Shown here piece after piece: positions 14,611-28,300 of a stretch of 64,000 nt of DNA. The notes beneath the pieces are model-generated. The model saw nothing but the letters and a program-made list of their open reading frames with translations, was not told the origin of the DNA and did not search any database. A program made the position numbers and the translations under genes. Origin of the DNA: Phoronis australis (lineage: Eukaryota > Animalia > Phoronida); the NCBI GenBank assembly GCA_002633005.1, contig NMRA01000084.1:358320-422319 (forward strand), written 5' to 3'. Within the stretch, counting starts at the first letter, position 1. Each line of letters starts with the position of its first letter.

Positions 14611-14912
14611 AAACTTCATTCGGATTTTCATGCAAATTAGTTCAGTTGAAAGTAATCCCAAAACAACACAAGTTTAAATATTTGCAAACATAATTGTATG
14701 ATATTTGATATCATTTTGTTTAGTTTAAACTTCATTTTGATGGTGCACCACCATAAAATGGCTGCCGCAGTGAGTGACAGCTGACTCATGGATTATGGTT
14801 ACCCACTCAATTGCCCACTTTATAAAAACGAGAACAAATTAATCATAAAATATGATAATAAAAGGACTGAAAGTTACGAAAATATTTATCTTTCGACTGA
14901 TGAAACTCATCC
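14611..14912 (+). repeat. Dispersed repeat family A, copy 1 (probable non-autonomous transposon relic)
   Basis: Colinear with 44495-44833: AAACTTCAT, TGGTGCACCACCA..TAAA.TGGC..CCG.AGTGAGT, AGCTGACTCATG.A.TATGG.TAC and ATCTTTCGACTG blocks occur in the same order. Confidence 0.75.
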
Positions 14913-15000
14913 TTTCTACTGAATTGGTGAATACAAGGAAAATAGAATCTTTAACGTGTAGTTTTGGGCTGAGCCACAAGCGCAAAACGCATCACAAATT

Positions 15001-15520
15001 TTTATTCGGTGTTACATAAATTTACCCTGTTCTACTTTACAGTATTGTTACCCTGTTTTCTACCAAAACCATGGCGTTTTAACTTTCACATTAACATTCG
15101 AAACCTACCGTATTACTCAAACGAGACACGGATATTCGAAAGTACAGGCAAAATATTTCAAGAATTACAAAAACAAAATTAACATTAAGTATTGACACGT
15201 AATTACGAAATGATTTGTAGAATCCATTTGTTTAAATGGACTATGCTACAACACCAATCTGGTACCGGATATTATACGAGATTACACGAGATACAGATAT
15301 TAACAAAGTCTATACAGGTAGGTTTTGATTTAAGTGGAATATATTCGCACAGGTTAAACGTCTTCTTCGAATCAACTTTTCAACAACACAAACATAATCA
15401 ATGGCACAAAATATTTACATGGTGAAAAAGCCATATGTATTTTTGGTCAAACGTAGAAAAGTTCATTTTATCTGACGTCAGGGTATGAAGGACCAAATAC
15501 TATATTTGGTCGTCCTTTCA
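15001..15520 (-). other. Dfd: Predicted Dfd 3' UTR ending at an AATAAA signal (15006-15001)
   Basis: This is the first minus-strand AATAAA/ATTAAA I find downstream of the TAA stop (plus strand TTTATT at 15001-15006). It is followed by GT/T-rich sequence on the minus strand. Confidence 0.65.
15023..15056 (-). promoter_or_regulatory. Two 8mer miR-10 target sites (ACAGGGUA) in the Dfd 3' UTR
   Basis: Plus strand TACCCTGT at 15023-15030 and 15049-15056 is identical to nt 1-8 of the miR-10 encoded at 31087-31108. Confidence 0.7.
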
Positions 15521-15786
15521 TTATTCCGCTACTTTCTGTACTCTGCTATCGCTGAGGCGAGTTTTGGTGTTGGGTAGTTTGTGTTCTTTTTTCCATTTCA
15601 TCCGTCGATTCTGAAACCATATTTTAATTTGTCTTTCGGTCAAGCACAGCGCGTGTGCGATCTCAATCCGTCGCCTCCTCGTTAAATAACGGTTAAAATG
15701 AAATTCTTTTTCGAGTTCCAGAATTTGATGTCTCGTGTAGGCTGTCCGGGTTCGCTTAGACTCTAGCCCATTATAGTTTCCATTTG
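15521..15786 (-). CDS. Dfd: Hox4/Deformed, coding exon 2 (homeobox 15581-15760); absent from the ORF track
   Basis: Manual translation after the acceptor TTATTTTCAG| gives (A)[92 protein letters not shown] is diagnostic of PG4. Splice phase (G|CA = Ala) matches exon 1, giving a 212-aa protein. Confidence 0.97.
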
Positions 15787-18700
15787 CTGAAAATAAATAA
15801 ACCTCAATTAATGGTTATTGTAAGCAGATAACATTTGGACCTTAGCTTTTAAACACTCTTGGTCCGAAATGCCAATGCATCCTTGAAGATTTATTTCCCA
15901 ACATAATGCGCGCGCCGAAGGGACGTGTAAACGTGTTTCCATTGGTCTTTCCTCAATCCCATTCTCGTAATCTAAAGAGATCTAACGATTCGTCCACGTG
16001 ACAACTTATATTTAATGTTTTGTCTGCTCTTTGCAGAAAATCAAGATAAAATTGAAATTCGGTCAAACTATCATCACTTAATGCTGTAGTCCACTTTACG
16101 TACCGTGTACGTCTCGCGACACCTTAGACCAAATATCGCGCCCAAAAAACTAAGAAGTCACACAAATTACAACACGATAAAACACAAAGTATGGAATCGT
16201 GCTTTTTGTCACAAAACTTCTCACGTATTAGTGACAATGTCCTTGGATTCAGCCACCTGGGGTTTCGTCAATCGAAACCATCGACGCGTGTAACAAGGCG
16301 CATAATTGTCGTCTTCAACACTGGTCGGTTACCAGTCCCGCGACAATACCAGCCTGTCAGAATCCGTATGATAAATGTTAATATCTCATTATGCTGTCCT
16401 CTTCAACACGGCGGTTTATATATCGTTATTAATTGCTTCGGGGAAGGTCAACCGTGCACAGCAGTCATTAATATTCAGCCTTGACGGATGGAAATAAATC
16501 ATATGTTGTCGATAACTTTTACCATACGAAGCTTGGTGCAATATACTCTGGTAAATAATCAGTGAAATATATTCAAAGTGTATGTTTAATTGGAATTAAA
16601 ACAACTATCGACATACTAACATTAAATTAGATTTCAAAGCAACAAAATTAATTTAACGGATGTATCTTTGTAGACCTTCTGAGCAAGTCGCGAACGCACA
16701 CGTTTATTATTTTCCAATGGCATTTTCCGATTTGTTTCCAATAAATTACAAAGTTCGCAAATAAATTATGAAATAAAACGATGGAATGGTTTCAAAAACC
16801 TGTTGACAACTGCACATTTTTCCAAATAATAAATGTTGGGTGATAAAAAGTAAAAATAAATACAATATACTGTATATTAATATTCCGTCATTGACCGTTT
16901 CACTCGAATGACTTTTTACCTTATTATTCGTTATCACTGTTTATTTTTTCTTTTACATCCCAACACGAATCTCTTAAACATATCCTCACATAATTACACA
17001 TTCATTAACCCCATTTCTCAATACCAAAAATAACCCTAACGCCAATATTTCGCCCGTGTCCGGTTTATTCGTTATAAAATTATACATCCATACACCCTTT
17101 AATCTTTCTCAAAATTTGACTGTGGCCATTTGCTTGAAAAGACGACTACTGACGTGAAGCGTTTTTCAACCCATTTCAGACTTCAACTCATTAATTAACC
17201 GAGTTTTGTGGCATTCAAGCCAGAGGACACAGGATGAAATTAGTCGCACCTGTACGAATTCAAAATATGTCAACCAGTAACGAAAGCGTGGGAGATCATT
17301 TGCAGATCAATATTAATTGTTTGATTCTTGCAATAAAATTTCACGAAACTTCCGTAAGAACTTTCACGACGAAGTGGACGCTATGTGAAGCGTGTTCGAA
17401 TAGTCGTCTTGCGATGTTAGTTCTGAAATTATCGTTGAAAGTTAATGACGTTTTGACTTGAACACCTCGTGTTCATGGCTTCATTTGCATCCAATCTTTA
17501 AATTTTCTGTTAAATTCTCAATTTTACCGCAACTGAATTGTAATTGTTAGATGTCTTGTTACCACATTCAATAAATATTCCCAACATTCATGTTTGAAAA
17601 AATACCAATAGGATGGTGTTGGTTGAATCCGTCTTCTCTGGCTTTGCACTATATGACACTGTATCCGACGAGGAGTCCGATATTCGTAGGGTGTCTTATA
17701 TCACAAACCACAATAAGTCGGTTAAGTAGTGCCCTCTCCACCGGCTGGCGCGAGTTGAACCAGGGTTCATGCGACCGGTAGTAACAAATTTAAACACGTC
17801 ACCCCGTATTTATAAACGAGTGAGAAGTGCGTGTTAACCGTAACAGACTGACAAAGGGCTGACCGAATTTTTGTTATTTATGTTCACGAGTAGAATCGTA
17901 TCTCTTTCCCAGAACATTTAGTCCATACCGGGTGCAAAGTCTGCGACTTGGTAAAACGATGAATGATTACAGTTATTTACGCTCATGTCGGGATTCTAGA
18001 AGAAATACCAGGTTACCATAGCGTGACACAGTTCTAGAGAAACTAACCAATGACAGGCCGCGCTGCGCGAGATAAGAAACTGTGTTTGAAAAATTACGTT
18101 GTAAAACACGAGTTCTTCGGTACAATTGTGGTCAGACTGAAGTTGTGTTTATTTATGTCGGGTTTTATATACAAATCTTGCAGAAATGACACTTTCGGTC
18201 AAAATTAACAGAAAACGGGTGTCGACAGAGAGGCAAACACAGTCAAGTTGTATATATCCGGCCAAGTGCGAATCACGTAGTTTGTTTTGCAGTGCTCACG
18301 AACAAATGCACAAACACTTTGTAATTTTTGAAAATTTATAATAAAATTATTACAACAGTGAAAATAGCTGTCACTTTGATGGAATAGTGTTAAAATTGGG
18401 TCATTTCAGATTATTTAAAGCTTAGAAAAAGAGGCATTTAATCTAACGCGCAAGTTCATCTGCGACCTGAGCTATCAAAGGTGCTACGTCCGGTCTTATC
18501 TAAGACGGTCCAGGAATCATTGACGTGGCTCGTAAAAGCGTTTGTTAGGCCAGTGTGTGAAATTTAACCAACTCGTCACTTGCAACGTCATTTCATATAG
18601 AAAGCGGCGTTCGAGTTCGCTATATAATGAGGCTACATGTATTACTGTCTTCTCTACGACTAGAAGTACGAACTTGGCTAAAACAGACCCGTTCTCTAAA

Positions 18701-21181
18701 ACAACGTTTTTGTAACATTCCTATAGGTAACTCGACCAAAGTTAGAACTGACCACTTTACTTCATTTCAAAAAATAAACGCTTAACGGTATGGTTAAGGT
18801 AAATCAAAAAACAAAAGTCGACGTGAGAACTTAATCTTGTTTTCGGCACTTGTTTTCGATTCGGTATGCGTTATTTTATAAATAAATCAGAAACAATATT
18901 TGCAAAATGCCCTCTTGAATTTATAATTCATTTCCTATAGTCAGGGATCCTTAATTAAGAAAAACGTGGCTATGGATTAGTTGACACACAGGACCTCAAA
19001 TTCATCATTGAGTCAGTTCGGAGGACTTGTGGGCCATGTTAGTCGTTTGTCTTCCATTTTTCCATTCGCATTTTGGAGGGTAGGGGCGGTATTTTAACGT
19101 GTGTGGTTTTGTCTCCTAAATGTACCTCGAGTACATTACGCGATTAGTGATAGATCTAAACGTCTAATTGCATTTCAATTTAACCAAAAAAAAACACAAA
19201 ATCACAGATGGCATATGTATTTTAATAATATCCTAGACCATTATCTCTGAAACTGCTGTTTTGATCAGATGCTCTGCGTTGTCCTAGTTTGTTGGCGCTG
19301 AATGCAATGCAAATTATTCTCGACAGAATCGGGCGAAAGTGTGACAATCCAGTGCGCCCGTTGACCCTACAGAAGCAGTCACAGTGCGCCAGTGAAACTT
19401 TTTATTCGCAATGGTGTGAGATGCTGTCCTTAAATGATCTCTTTTGAGAGCACTTTCAGGTACAAGTGTAGTTAGCCCATGCCGGGTTTGGAAAAGTGTC
19501 ACAGTTGACAAGAACATTGTGTGTACAGGCTGAAGGTGTAGCGGTAGGGTGAACCGCGCTGTTACCGCCATGACTCACATGAGCCGGTAATTCAGTTCTT
19601 TCGATGTTAGTTCTTAGCATCATTGACTGCATGTCATTGAATTCATCGGTTCCTCCCTGTCAATCGAGCTAATTCACCGGATTGGTCAGTTTAAGCTGGA
19701 AATCATCGATAACCAATCGGATCTCTTATAGCCGAATGATGCTCCAGAGCCGGCGAAGACAATCAAGTGCTGCCATTGCAAACGAAAAATCATTGAAAGC
19801 TTAATCAAGGTTACATTCTCGAGAGTGAAAGCCAGTGATACCAGGTGCTTCGTTTGTTACGTCAACGTATCGGAATATACCGTGAAGACTGTCGCCTTGA
19901 TAAAATTGTTCAAACAGTAGTTGTTTCATGAAAGTGGCCTTAGACTAAATAAGTACGGTCTTACTTCAAGATTACTCATTGAACAATTGTTAAGCCTAGA
20001 TGTAATGCTTACGTGCGCTTTCTAGGCTTAAAATCAATTATTGAACAAAATATTTCTCGTAATGAACCTTAAAAATAACAGTTTTGTGTTTATTCTCAAT
20101 GACTGCATTTTGTTCAAGTGAGATTTAATCTATTTCCATGAAGAACTGTGTGATGAAGTCCAAGACATGAAACAGAGCCCTGGAAATTATGTATTTATCG
20201 GTGCAAGGCTGTAATTCTGACTTCAACTACGCGAGATCTATTTCAACAGGCGGATTATGGAAGGAGGGACGGGGGGAGGGTGAAGGTCGCTGTTCCCTCA
20301 AAAACGGACATAAAAAATAGATGGCATGATTGTGTTTGGAATATCTTACCTCCAAAAGAGTGGCGGGAATTGTAGCTCTACAGCATTGTCGGTTTTTTAA
20401 TAATCACAAAATGGTTGACTCCTTAAAGGCTAAGCGCTCGCCTCTGTCAAAAGCTTAAAATTATTAGAAATTGAAAACATTTCGTGAAGTCACCAACAAA
20501 GCCAACGGCTCGCGTCTACTGCAGGTTTAAATGAAATAAGGACTTTTCTATTTCATGTCACCCGTTGTCACGGTAAAAATGACTCAGTTATTCCGATGAC
20601 GCTGCAGAAGTAAGCACCTTTGTTTGGCAAATTCAATATGATGAGTCGTTAAATATGGATGTGCTACTGAGCAGAGTTAGTCGGGGTTAGTTGTTTGAAT
20701 GTTCGCTATCTTGCCCTGCGCTCAGTTTACCAGCTTGTATTGTTGAAGATGGCGCTTGTTTTGACTCTTCGTTTGGCCAATCTTTTTCTTAAAGTTGTCC
20801 ATTTTGATCATATTATACCTTTGAAATAAGCACATTTTCTGTTGTCATTATTTTCAGGCAAAGGAGTGCCATAATTCTGAATGATAAATATTTAAACTAG
20901 TGTGTGCGTGTACGTTCTTAAAATCGAAGAAGTAAAAAACAGGAATTATCAATTTGGATTCTTTATGAAGGAAATGATATGCATGGTTTCAAAATAAACT
21001 AAGTATCACCGCATGCCTTTAAATTCTTAAACATACATTCAATGTTAAAAATTTATCTTGTTAAATGAAATGCTCCGACACTGCAGACACCCCAGCGTCC
21101 AAAGCAACAGGTGGGATATTCCCGTTCCAATGCGACATCAGTTACATAGATACACTGTAGATGTGTTTGTAACATACATGT

Positions 21182-21276
21182 AACTCTCGAAGAACTCTCG
21201 AAGAACTCTCGAAGAACTCTCGAAGAACTCTCGAAGAACTCTCGAAGAACTCTCGAAGAACTCTCGAAGAACTCTC
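21182..21276. repeat. Perfect 11-bp minisatellite (AACTCTCGAAG) x 8.6 in the Dfd intron
   Basis: Eight identical units plus AACTCTC, with no spacers. Confidence 0.97.
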
Positions 21277-22261
21277 ATTTCAAATGTGTGTCAGATTTTC
21301 CTTTGTTTAATATGTTAATTCTTTATTTACTTTTGCTTTCGTTATTTTCTCTGTGTCATTGCTCATTACTCTATTTTTATTCTTCTCGTTACATATTTTA
21401 TATGTATATATGGCTAAATATAGTGATTCGTATTGTTGGACTAATTCTCTACTGTTACTATATTATCTTATAATCATGTTGGAATAAAAAAACCTATGAA
21501 ATGCAGAATGGTCTGCCGTGTTAACGAGTTTATACGGTATGTATTCATAACCTGTTTGATGACAGCTAAAATCATGTAAGGAAGCGCGAATGGCACGTAA
21601 ATGGGTTCTGCTCCAACATTTAGTGTCTAAAACCAGGTCCTAAAATTTGACGAATTGAATTGTTATCGACCTATCTTGGTGTGCAGCATTAACATGGAGG
21701 AAAATGCGGCAAAAGTGTAATTTAGTAAATCTAAAAAATGTTACTTTCAAATCGCAACCGAGGAGACATAATTTATTGAACATATGAGAAGCAATTTTTC
21801 ATTGCTCAACCATGTTCTGACGCTTCCACCTGCCCTTCCGTTTTACACACGTTAAAACTTCTCTGAGAAAAATAAGTTTTGAGAAGGATACTGTCGACAA
21901 GCCCTATGCATTCAGCAAGATAGCTACGCAGCTGTAGACATTGACTCCAGGAAAATGCATATTTTTTAAAGGAAAAAGCCTGAAGATTTTTAACTCTGTA
22001 CCAAACCGAGTTTCACAACAATCTGTCACGGTGCCACGTATTTCTTTAAAAATTCAACCAAAAGGAGGATATATTCATAGCAAAACAACGGCCTCAATAT
22101 CATGTCTAAATTTGATTGGTTATAAATGTTCAAGTCGAAATGTAAAAACGCTGTTACAGTTGATGAAATATCATTTTGTTTTCGTTTTTTGCAAATTTCG
22201 CGATTTCTCCACCAAAATCACTACTTTCCTATTTCTCGATAAACCCTTTAGTAATGTTTCT

Positions 22262-22330
22262 AACATTTTTAAAAACAATTTCTAACATCGTTTTGGAGAA
22301 CAGAGCATGTGAAAGTTTTATACGAATCTT
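22262..22330 (+). repeat. Dispersed repeat family B core (other copies about 11140-11210 on -, 41453-41520 on +)
   Basis: Shared degenerate block ACA.TT..AAAA...CGTTTT[G/A]GA[G/A]AA...GCA[T/C]G in three places. Boundaries are uncertain and probably extend several hundred bp. Confidence 0.45.
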
Positions 22331-25300
22331 CTAATATTCTGAAGTTACAAATTATAAAATTCTTCAAATACCCCACATAACACCAATTAAAAGTCAATGC
22401 TTCCACGTGAACGGCAATTAACCATCGGGATCACTTTTCGTCATTCCATAAACCGTAAGTCACGCTCACTTATGTTGTAGATTTTGTAGAGAGTATATTA
22501 ACTTTGAATGGACGGCAAAAGTAAAATAGTATTACCCTGTTTCAAAGAATGAAGAGTTTAAAGCTGTACTTGGTCATGTTCAGCTGTATATAAAACGAAC
22601 ATCAAATTAAGCCCTTTGCTCTCATGAAATTGGTTTCATAATATCCACTACTGTGATAGCTTTCTATTCCCTCTTCCAAAAAGAACTGCAAAACCTGCAA
22701 CAACTCGATAAAACACTTCAGTATTTTAAGTGTGGTTTGTCAACCCTAAAGTTGCAATTCTGTGTGATTTTTGTTGGAAACGGAGGTAGAATGCTTTCAA
22801 GGTACGGAAGAGTCGTGAAATATTGCGAAAGTCCAAATCAAATATCCTTTGTAGCCAACAAAACTGGGTGAAATGCAGTTTCACGTCTGAATTCTTGTAT
22901 AATCCTTAAATATCCCTGTAAGTATATATGTACCTTTTAATATTGCGTTTAGAATTGAGATAACGACAATTCAAAGATAATTCTTGTTTTTGTTTTGTAC
23001 ATTTGTTTTTGTTCGTCTGATATATTTGCGATATTTGCCAGGTGCTGTAAGGTTCTTACAAAAATCCTGTAATCTTTATTAGCTGTCCGTTCATGAACTA
23101 TCGGTTGCCAGGTTGTAAGCTCAACATAATACATGCCGAGGAGTAAATACATGGAGCGGGAATTTAACTAAAAAACACAAACAACTATCTTTGTTCCGCA
23201 TTAATAAGACTGAAAATAAGCTCCATAGTGGTAACCTCCCTATTAGGTTCTGGAGCTCTGGACAAGCACTCGACCGCTAAAAGTGTAATCGAACATTCTG
23301 CTGCCAGAGAAAGAATGAAGTATGACTTGATGCCTACATGTTACTCAACAGAGTCGTCTTAAACTCCTATTCCGAACTTAATTTTTTGTGATCTAACTAC
23401 TAATGCATCACAGTTAGATATAGATTGTCCGATTAATTAACAGCTCTGTGTATGATCTCAGAGACCTTTGCCGAATTGAGATGATGATATTATTTTAGAA
23501 ATGTGCTGAAGGCGAAATTTCCAACTCGTACTTTCAGCCACTTTTCAAGAAACAGACCCCGGATGTTGAAGTAAACATGTCACGTAGGTTTTTATTTGGC
23601 ACATATTTCATCGCTGCACAACTCATTAACTGAAGTCTGATGTATAATAAATTCGATTGCTGCAATATCCTTTGTCATCGTCAACGTTTACAGCGTTTTA
23701 ACGTATGCTGCGTGATCGAAGCTTCCACCTTTTTGCCGATCGCTTGATACTCTCAAGCAGCGTCAAAGAAGCCAGTGTACATGTATACCATTAAAAGCAG
23801 TCAAAGTGTGATTAAAATTTATAAGCAGGAAGCTAACGGCAACAGCCTGGCATGCAGTGAAAAATAGCGATAACATCCCGTATTGCAATAATTTCATCCA
23901 CAGCGTATGAACAAAGAAATAACACATCCTATTCATATCATCCTTGGAGTGTTTGAATGACCTCTAATTATATATTCAAGACCAAAATTTTTCTATTTTT
24001 ATTCAACTGCAGTTCCTTTTGTAATTTACATGTAGGTACAGTTTTGCGAACATCTTAAGAAATTCAATCACCGACAATTTACCTTGAATTTTCGTTTTTA
24101 CATACACCCAGTCGGCTTCTCTTTAACTAAAAACTGTCCGCACACCAAGCATATCACGCTACTTGGCAAAACATCATCAGATATTAAAACAATTACTTGA
24201 ATTACACAAGGAATTTCCAAATAAATTTTAATATGTGGTGGGGCACCATCAAAACGACCGCGACTGTTGAACGACGTTGAAGTAGCGATTTTACGAATTT
24301 CCCAGTGGGAACCGCAAATACTATAGCTGTACATGACGAAAGACGCTAGTGGTGATCCATCTCGGTTTAATATATTTTTGTTACATAGAGTTTGAAGTAT
24401 TGGGGAGATTAATTTTATATTAATAAGGAAGTTTATGAAATAGTTGAAGTTACAACTCAACATGGACGACTAGTAAGTTATCCACTAATGTTCTTCTGGC
24501 AAATGAACCGAATCATTTTGTCAAAATTTAAAGCTGCCCTTGTCACTGTTCAGCTACCTGAAGACTAAAACTGAGTCAGGCTTATAAGATGGGACTGCTT
24601 ATGCCCCTCACCGTAATAGGATTTTATTTCGGTTATGAAAAAGAACATAGAAACCACCAGCGACTCACGCAAACGCTTCAATTTACTGGGGCCTTAAATC
24701 AGCTATACATACATGTATGGCCAGGTATTATTGTAATCTACATGAACTTGGATTTGGATCATTTAAAATAGAATGCAAAAAGACAAATCAGCATTGCGAA
24801 TGGTTTTTGAGTTTTTATTACTCGGCGTTCTTCGTTCACGGAAACCAGGCTGTCTCGCCTGTTGTCACGGTAACACATTACGAGTGACAGGCATCTTCTT
24901 GATATAATAATATAGAGGTGAGTGTGAGCGCCATTGTAAATGACGTATGCTTCCCATATGTATTGTCAGTGACTATTCTTCAAACATTGTCGCCCATAAA
25001 GAGCTGAAGTATAACGGAATAGATTGATATAGGAACGTTTCTTCTTCCTCGTAAACTTGGTTTACGACCTTGCAATTAGTTCGTGCATGATTTTCCAAAA
25101 TAGTGCTTCTTGTTGTGAAGGTAGGAGAGCTCGTAATTCAGGAATACCGATGAAATTGTACAAACTATCAGAAAACTAAAACGCACTTGACAAGCATGGG
25201 GTGTATAAGGAATGCGAATTAGTTTAGGTTTCATGTAGGACCTTATGGAAACGTCAGTGCCTTTAACTAAACATATGAAAACCTATAAATTAAATAGCGT

Positions 25301-28300
25301 TTTAAAAGTTCATGTTTTCTTAAAGTAGACATCCTGCAAGCATTGTTTTTAATTGCTAACTTACAAGTAATCAACTGATTCGTTTAATATAGCAAAAAGC
25401 ACGCGCGAACCCACACTAAAAAGGCTTCAAGCCCTCTGAGCCCCCTGGGTGCACGCATGAAAAGAAAGGTACATTCATTGCTAAACAACGATATCACAAA
25501 CACGGCAATATTTCATTTGATATTAATGTTCAAAATGTTAGTTTTCTGAAGTATTCGTTTTCAGCAATTTCTCATTTTTTCATAAAAATAATAAGCCTTA
25601 TATTTTGGCAACCCTTTATGTAAAAGTAGAATTTTTTAACGCAATTCCCACCGGCATTTTGGCGCAGAGTGAATACAGCATTCAATAAATTAGCAAGTTC
25701 CGTATGAACCCAACTTCCGAAGTTAGCCTAATTTGGACGACATTTTTCTATGGTCATACTTAACCGTTACCTTTGTCCCGGAAATCGACCCTTAGCAATG
25801 TTCATGAATTCACCACATCTTTCTGAACAATTCACATTTTCTGAAAATTCGCAGCGCAAAGTCCTCTAGGTTGACGTTAACATCTCGTCAATGAATTTCC
25901 CACCTTTGCAAACCAGACCGCACGCATTCAAACATGGGGTCTTGACAGTCAATGATTTAAGGGCGCATCAAACGACCACAAGAACGGAGTGAACGACCGC
26001 AGAAAATAAACCTTGGTCTTCTCCGACAGCATACAGTATTGTTTTAGCGAGATTTTGTCAGTTTCTTACATACGCCAAATTTTACCAAGACAAAACTGGA
26101 AGGAATCATTACTGTATATTTTTACGCAAGCACACATACTTCGCTGTGATTATACTAAACGATTGCAAGTTCCTCAAAAATTAAGAACAGTGTTGCTGGT
26201 TCGAGAACTTTTCATGGACATGAATTTTATTGAACAAGAACAAAATTGAATTCACAAATACCATGTTGCACGTGACTGCACCCGCTGGGGTTTGACACTT
26301 TAAGGTAATGCAGGGAATTTGAAATATGTTCAAATTTAGTAAATATTGGAACATGATATCTTAGACATGATTGATCGTATTCACGTGAAACGTCCAGGCT
26401 CTATGGTTTGTGCACTGTTCAACAAAATTGTGTAAGAGTTGTTTTAAAATGACCACTTTTGCATAAGAAGCTATCAAAACTGGAACTTTTATGATTTTCA
26501 TGAAGATTTAGATCAAGCGTTGCGTCTTAGTTTAGAAAACTGTGTACTTTTTATTACATCTTGAACATTTATTGCAAATGGCCATGTTATAGATGCCAAT
26601 GTTTTGACACAAATTTACTTTTCGTTTAGATGAATTTTACTACAACATTGTCACGTGACCCAATCGATGGATCTTGCTTAGAAAAATGTCAAAAAAATAA
26701 ATTCTACCGGTTTTCTACCTTCGTTTATAATATGACTTGTATTCTTACTCAGATAAAATATATAGTTTTGTAGATATTTGGATAAAAAATTGTCAATAAA
26801 GTCTTGCATTACCTTAATCGAGTTAACTACAAATTTCTTGCACCAGCGAATGTTTACTTAGTTGATGATCCAATGCGCTTGACCAGGACTTGAGGTGCTA
26901 CTATAGTTTCTCAGACTTGTTTTACTGAAGTCTCTTGATTTTTTATTTGAATTGTTTCAATATTTTAAAGTTAATGCTGGCAATTGCTAAAATGACAGTA
27001 TTTTTACAATTTTCTCACCGTCATTATACATAATGCATTGCGTTACAGCTGTTTTCAATATCACTGTCCACCCAACAGCACATGATAAAGTTCACACAAT
27101 GACTTAGTTTTATTTGGAGTAAAGTTACCTCACACTTAACTCAAAAAGTGTCGTACAAAAGCAGTTTGAATTTACCTGAGAATGCGATTCTACCGAATCA
27201 TAATATTTTTGGTGCGTCAGATTTTCTATAAGAAATACTCGCACTCAACTAGTCTTAAGCATGGCAGTGAATATTCAGCACGTAAATGTTTATCGAGAAC
27301 TGCACACAGGAGGCCTTCTTCTAAGTACACATTCCGCGTTCGACCAGTCAATGACCACCTCACGTGCCCTGGCGAGAGATTTTTTAGCGATTAGTAATCT
27401 TCCTTTGATTAAAATAGCCACTAACAGCAAACTGTGGACATGAAAGAATAAACAGATCTTACAAAAGCTTCCTGGGTTATTTACATTCATTCTAACTTCA
27501 CTGCACCATAAGCACTTTGCTTCAAAAATATTTCTTCAACCTCATTTTTGGAAAATAACTCTTAATTCTACAGTTCAATTCTCCATGAATATGCTTTCAT
27601 ATGTTGGAAGGGCATCAAAAGTAGCGATTGTTCAATACTACAGTTATATATAGCCGTCCGATTTGTTAGGTTTTGGTTGTTTGTTTTGAGTAAAATTGTC
27701 GACAACGCCACATAATCGCCTTTAGCATGATCCACTCCACCATTGGAATCTGCTTAATCGGTGCAGTGGGATACGACTAATCGATGTCATAATCTATAAA
27801 AATTACATCGACGACATGCTCTGTCGACACAAAAATGAAACATTCACAGCACGTCCGTACACGTTGAGCGCCAATTTGCCACCACTTAGTTTTCAGAAGC
27901 AGAAGAGAAAAGCAGCAATTAGTCAGTAAATTTAATCATCAGAAGATCAAGAGGAGTCGCGGCAACGAAAACATGGTGACTCTAAGATCGCCTTAGTAAC
28001 TTGATCGACATATCGACTTGTGAAATGAAGATGCTCCTCTCGCATTCTCATCAATTAATTTAATTTTCATTAAATCGGTCGGATGTGCGCGCGCGCTTGT
28101 TGTACTCAATTCACAGTACCAGTGGTATTCCGAAACTTGGCAAAACAAATGCTACTCGTAAAGCTGTTTGCCATTTTGTGGTGAACGATTGGCAACGTGT
28201 TAATACTGTTATTTGTAATTCCCATAATTCATCACTTTGAGAGTTACTGGCTACGTTCCGTCAAATTATCCGTCTCTAAATTTTAGATGAAGTTTGCAAA

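Noticed and set aside
20984-20998. TGG TTT CAA AAT AAA (WFQNK) on the plus strand in the Dfd intron
   Set aside because: In-frame stop three codons upstream and no other homeodomain residues.
21182-21276. CRISPR-like array
   Set aside because: Head-to-tail 11-mers with no spacers, in a eukaryotic context.
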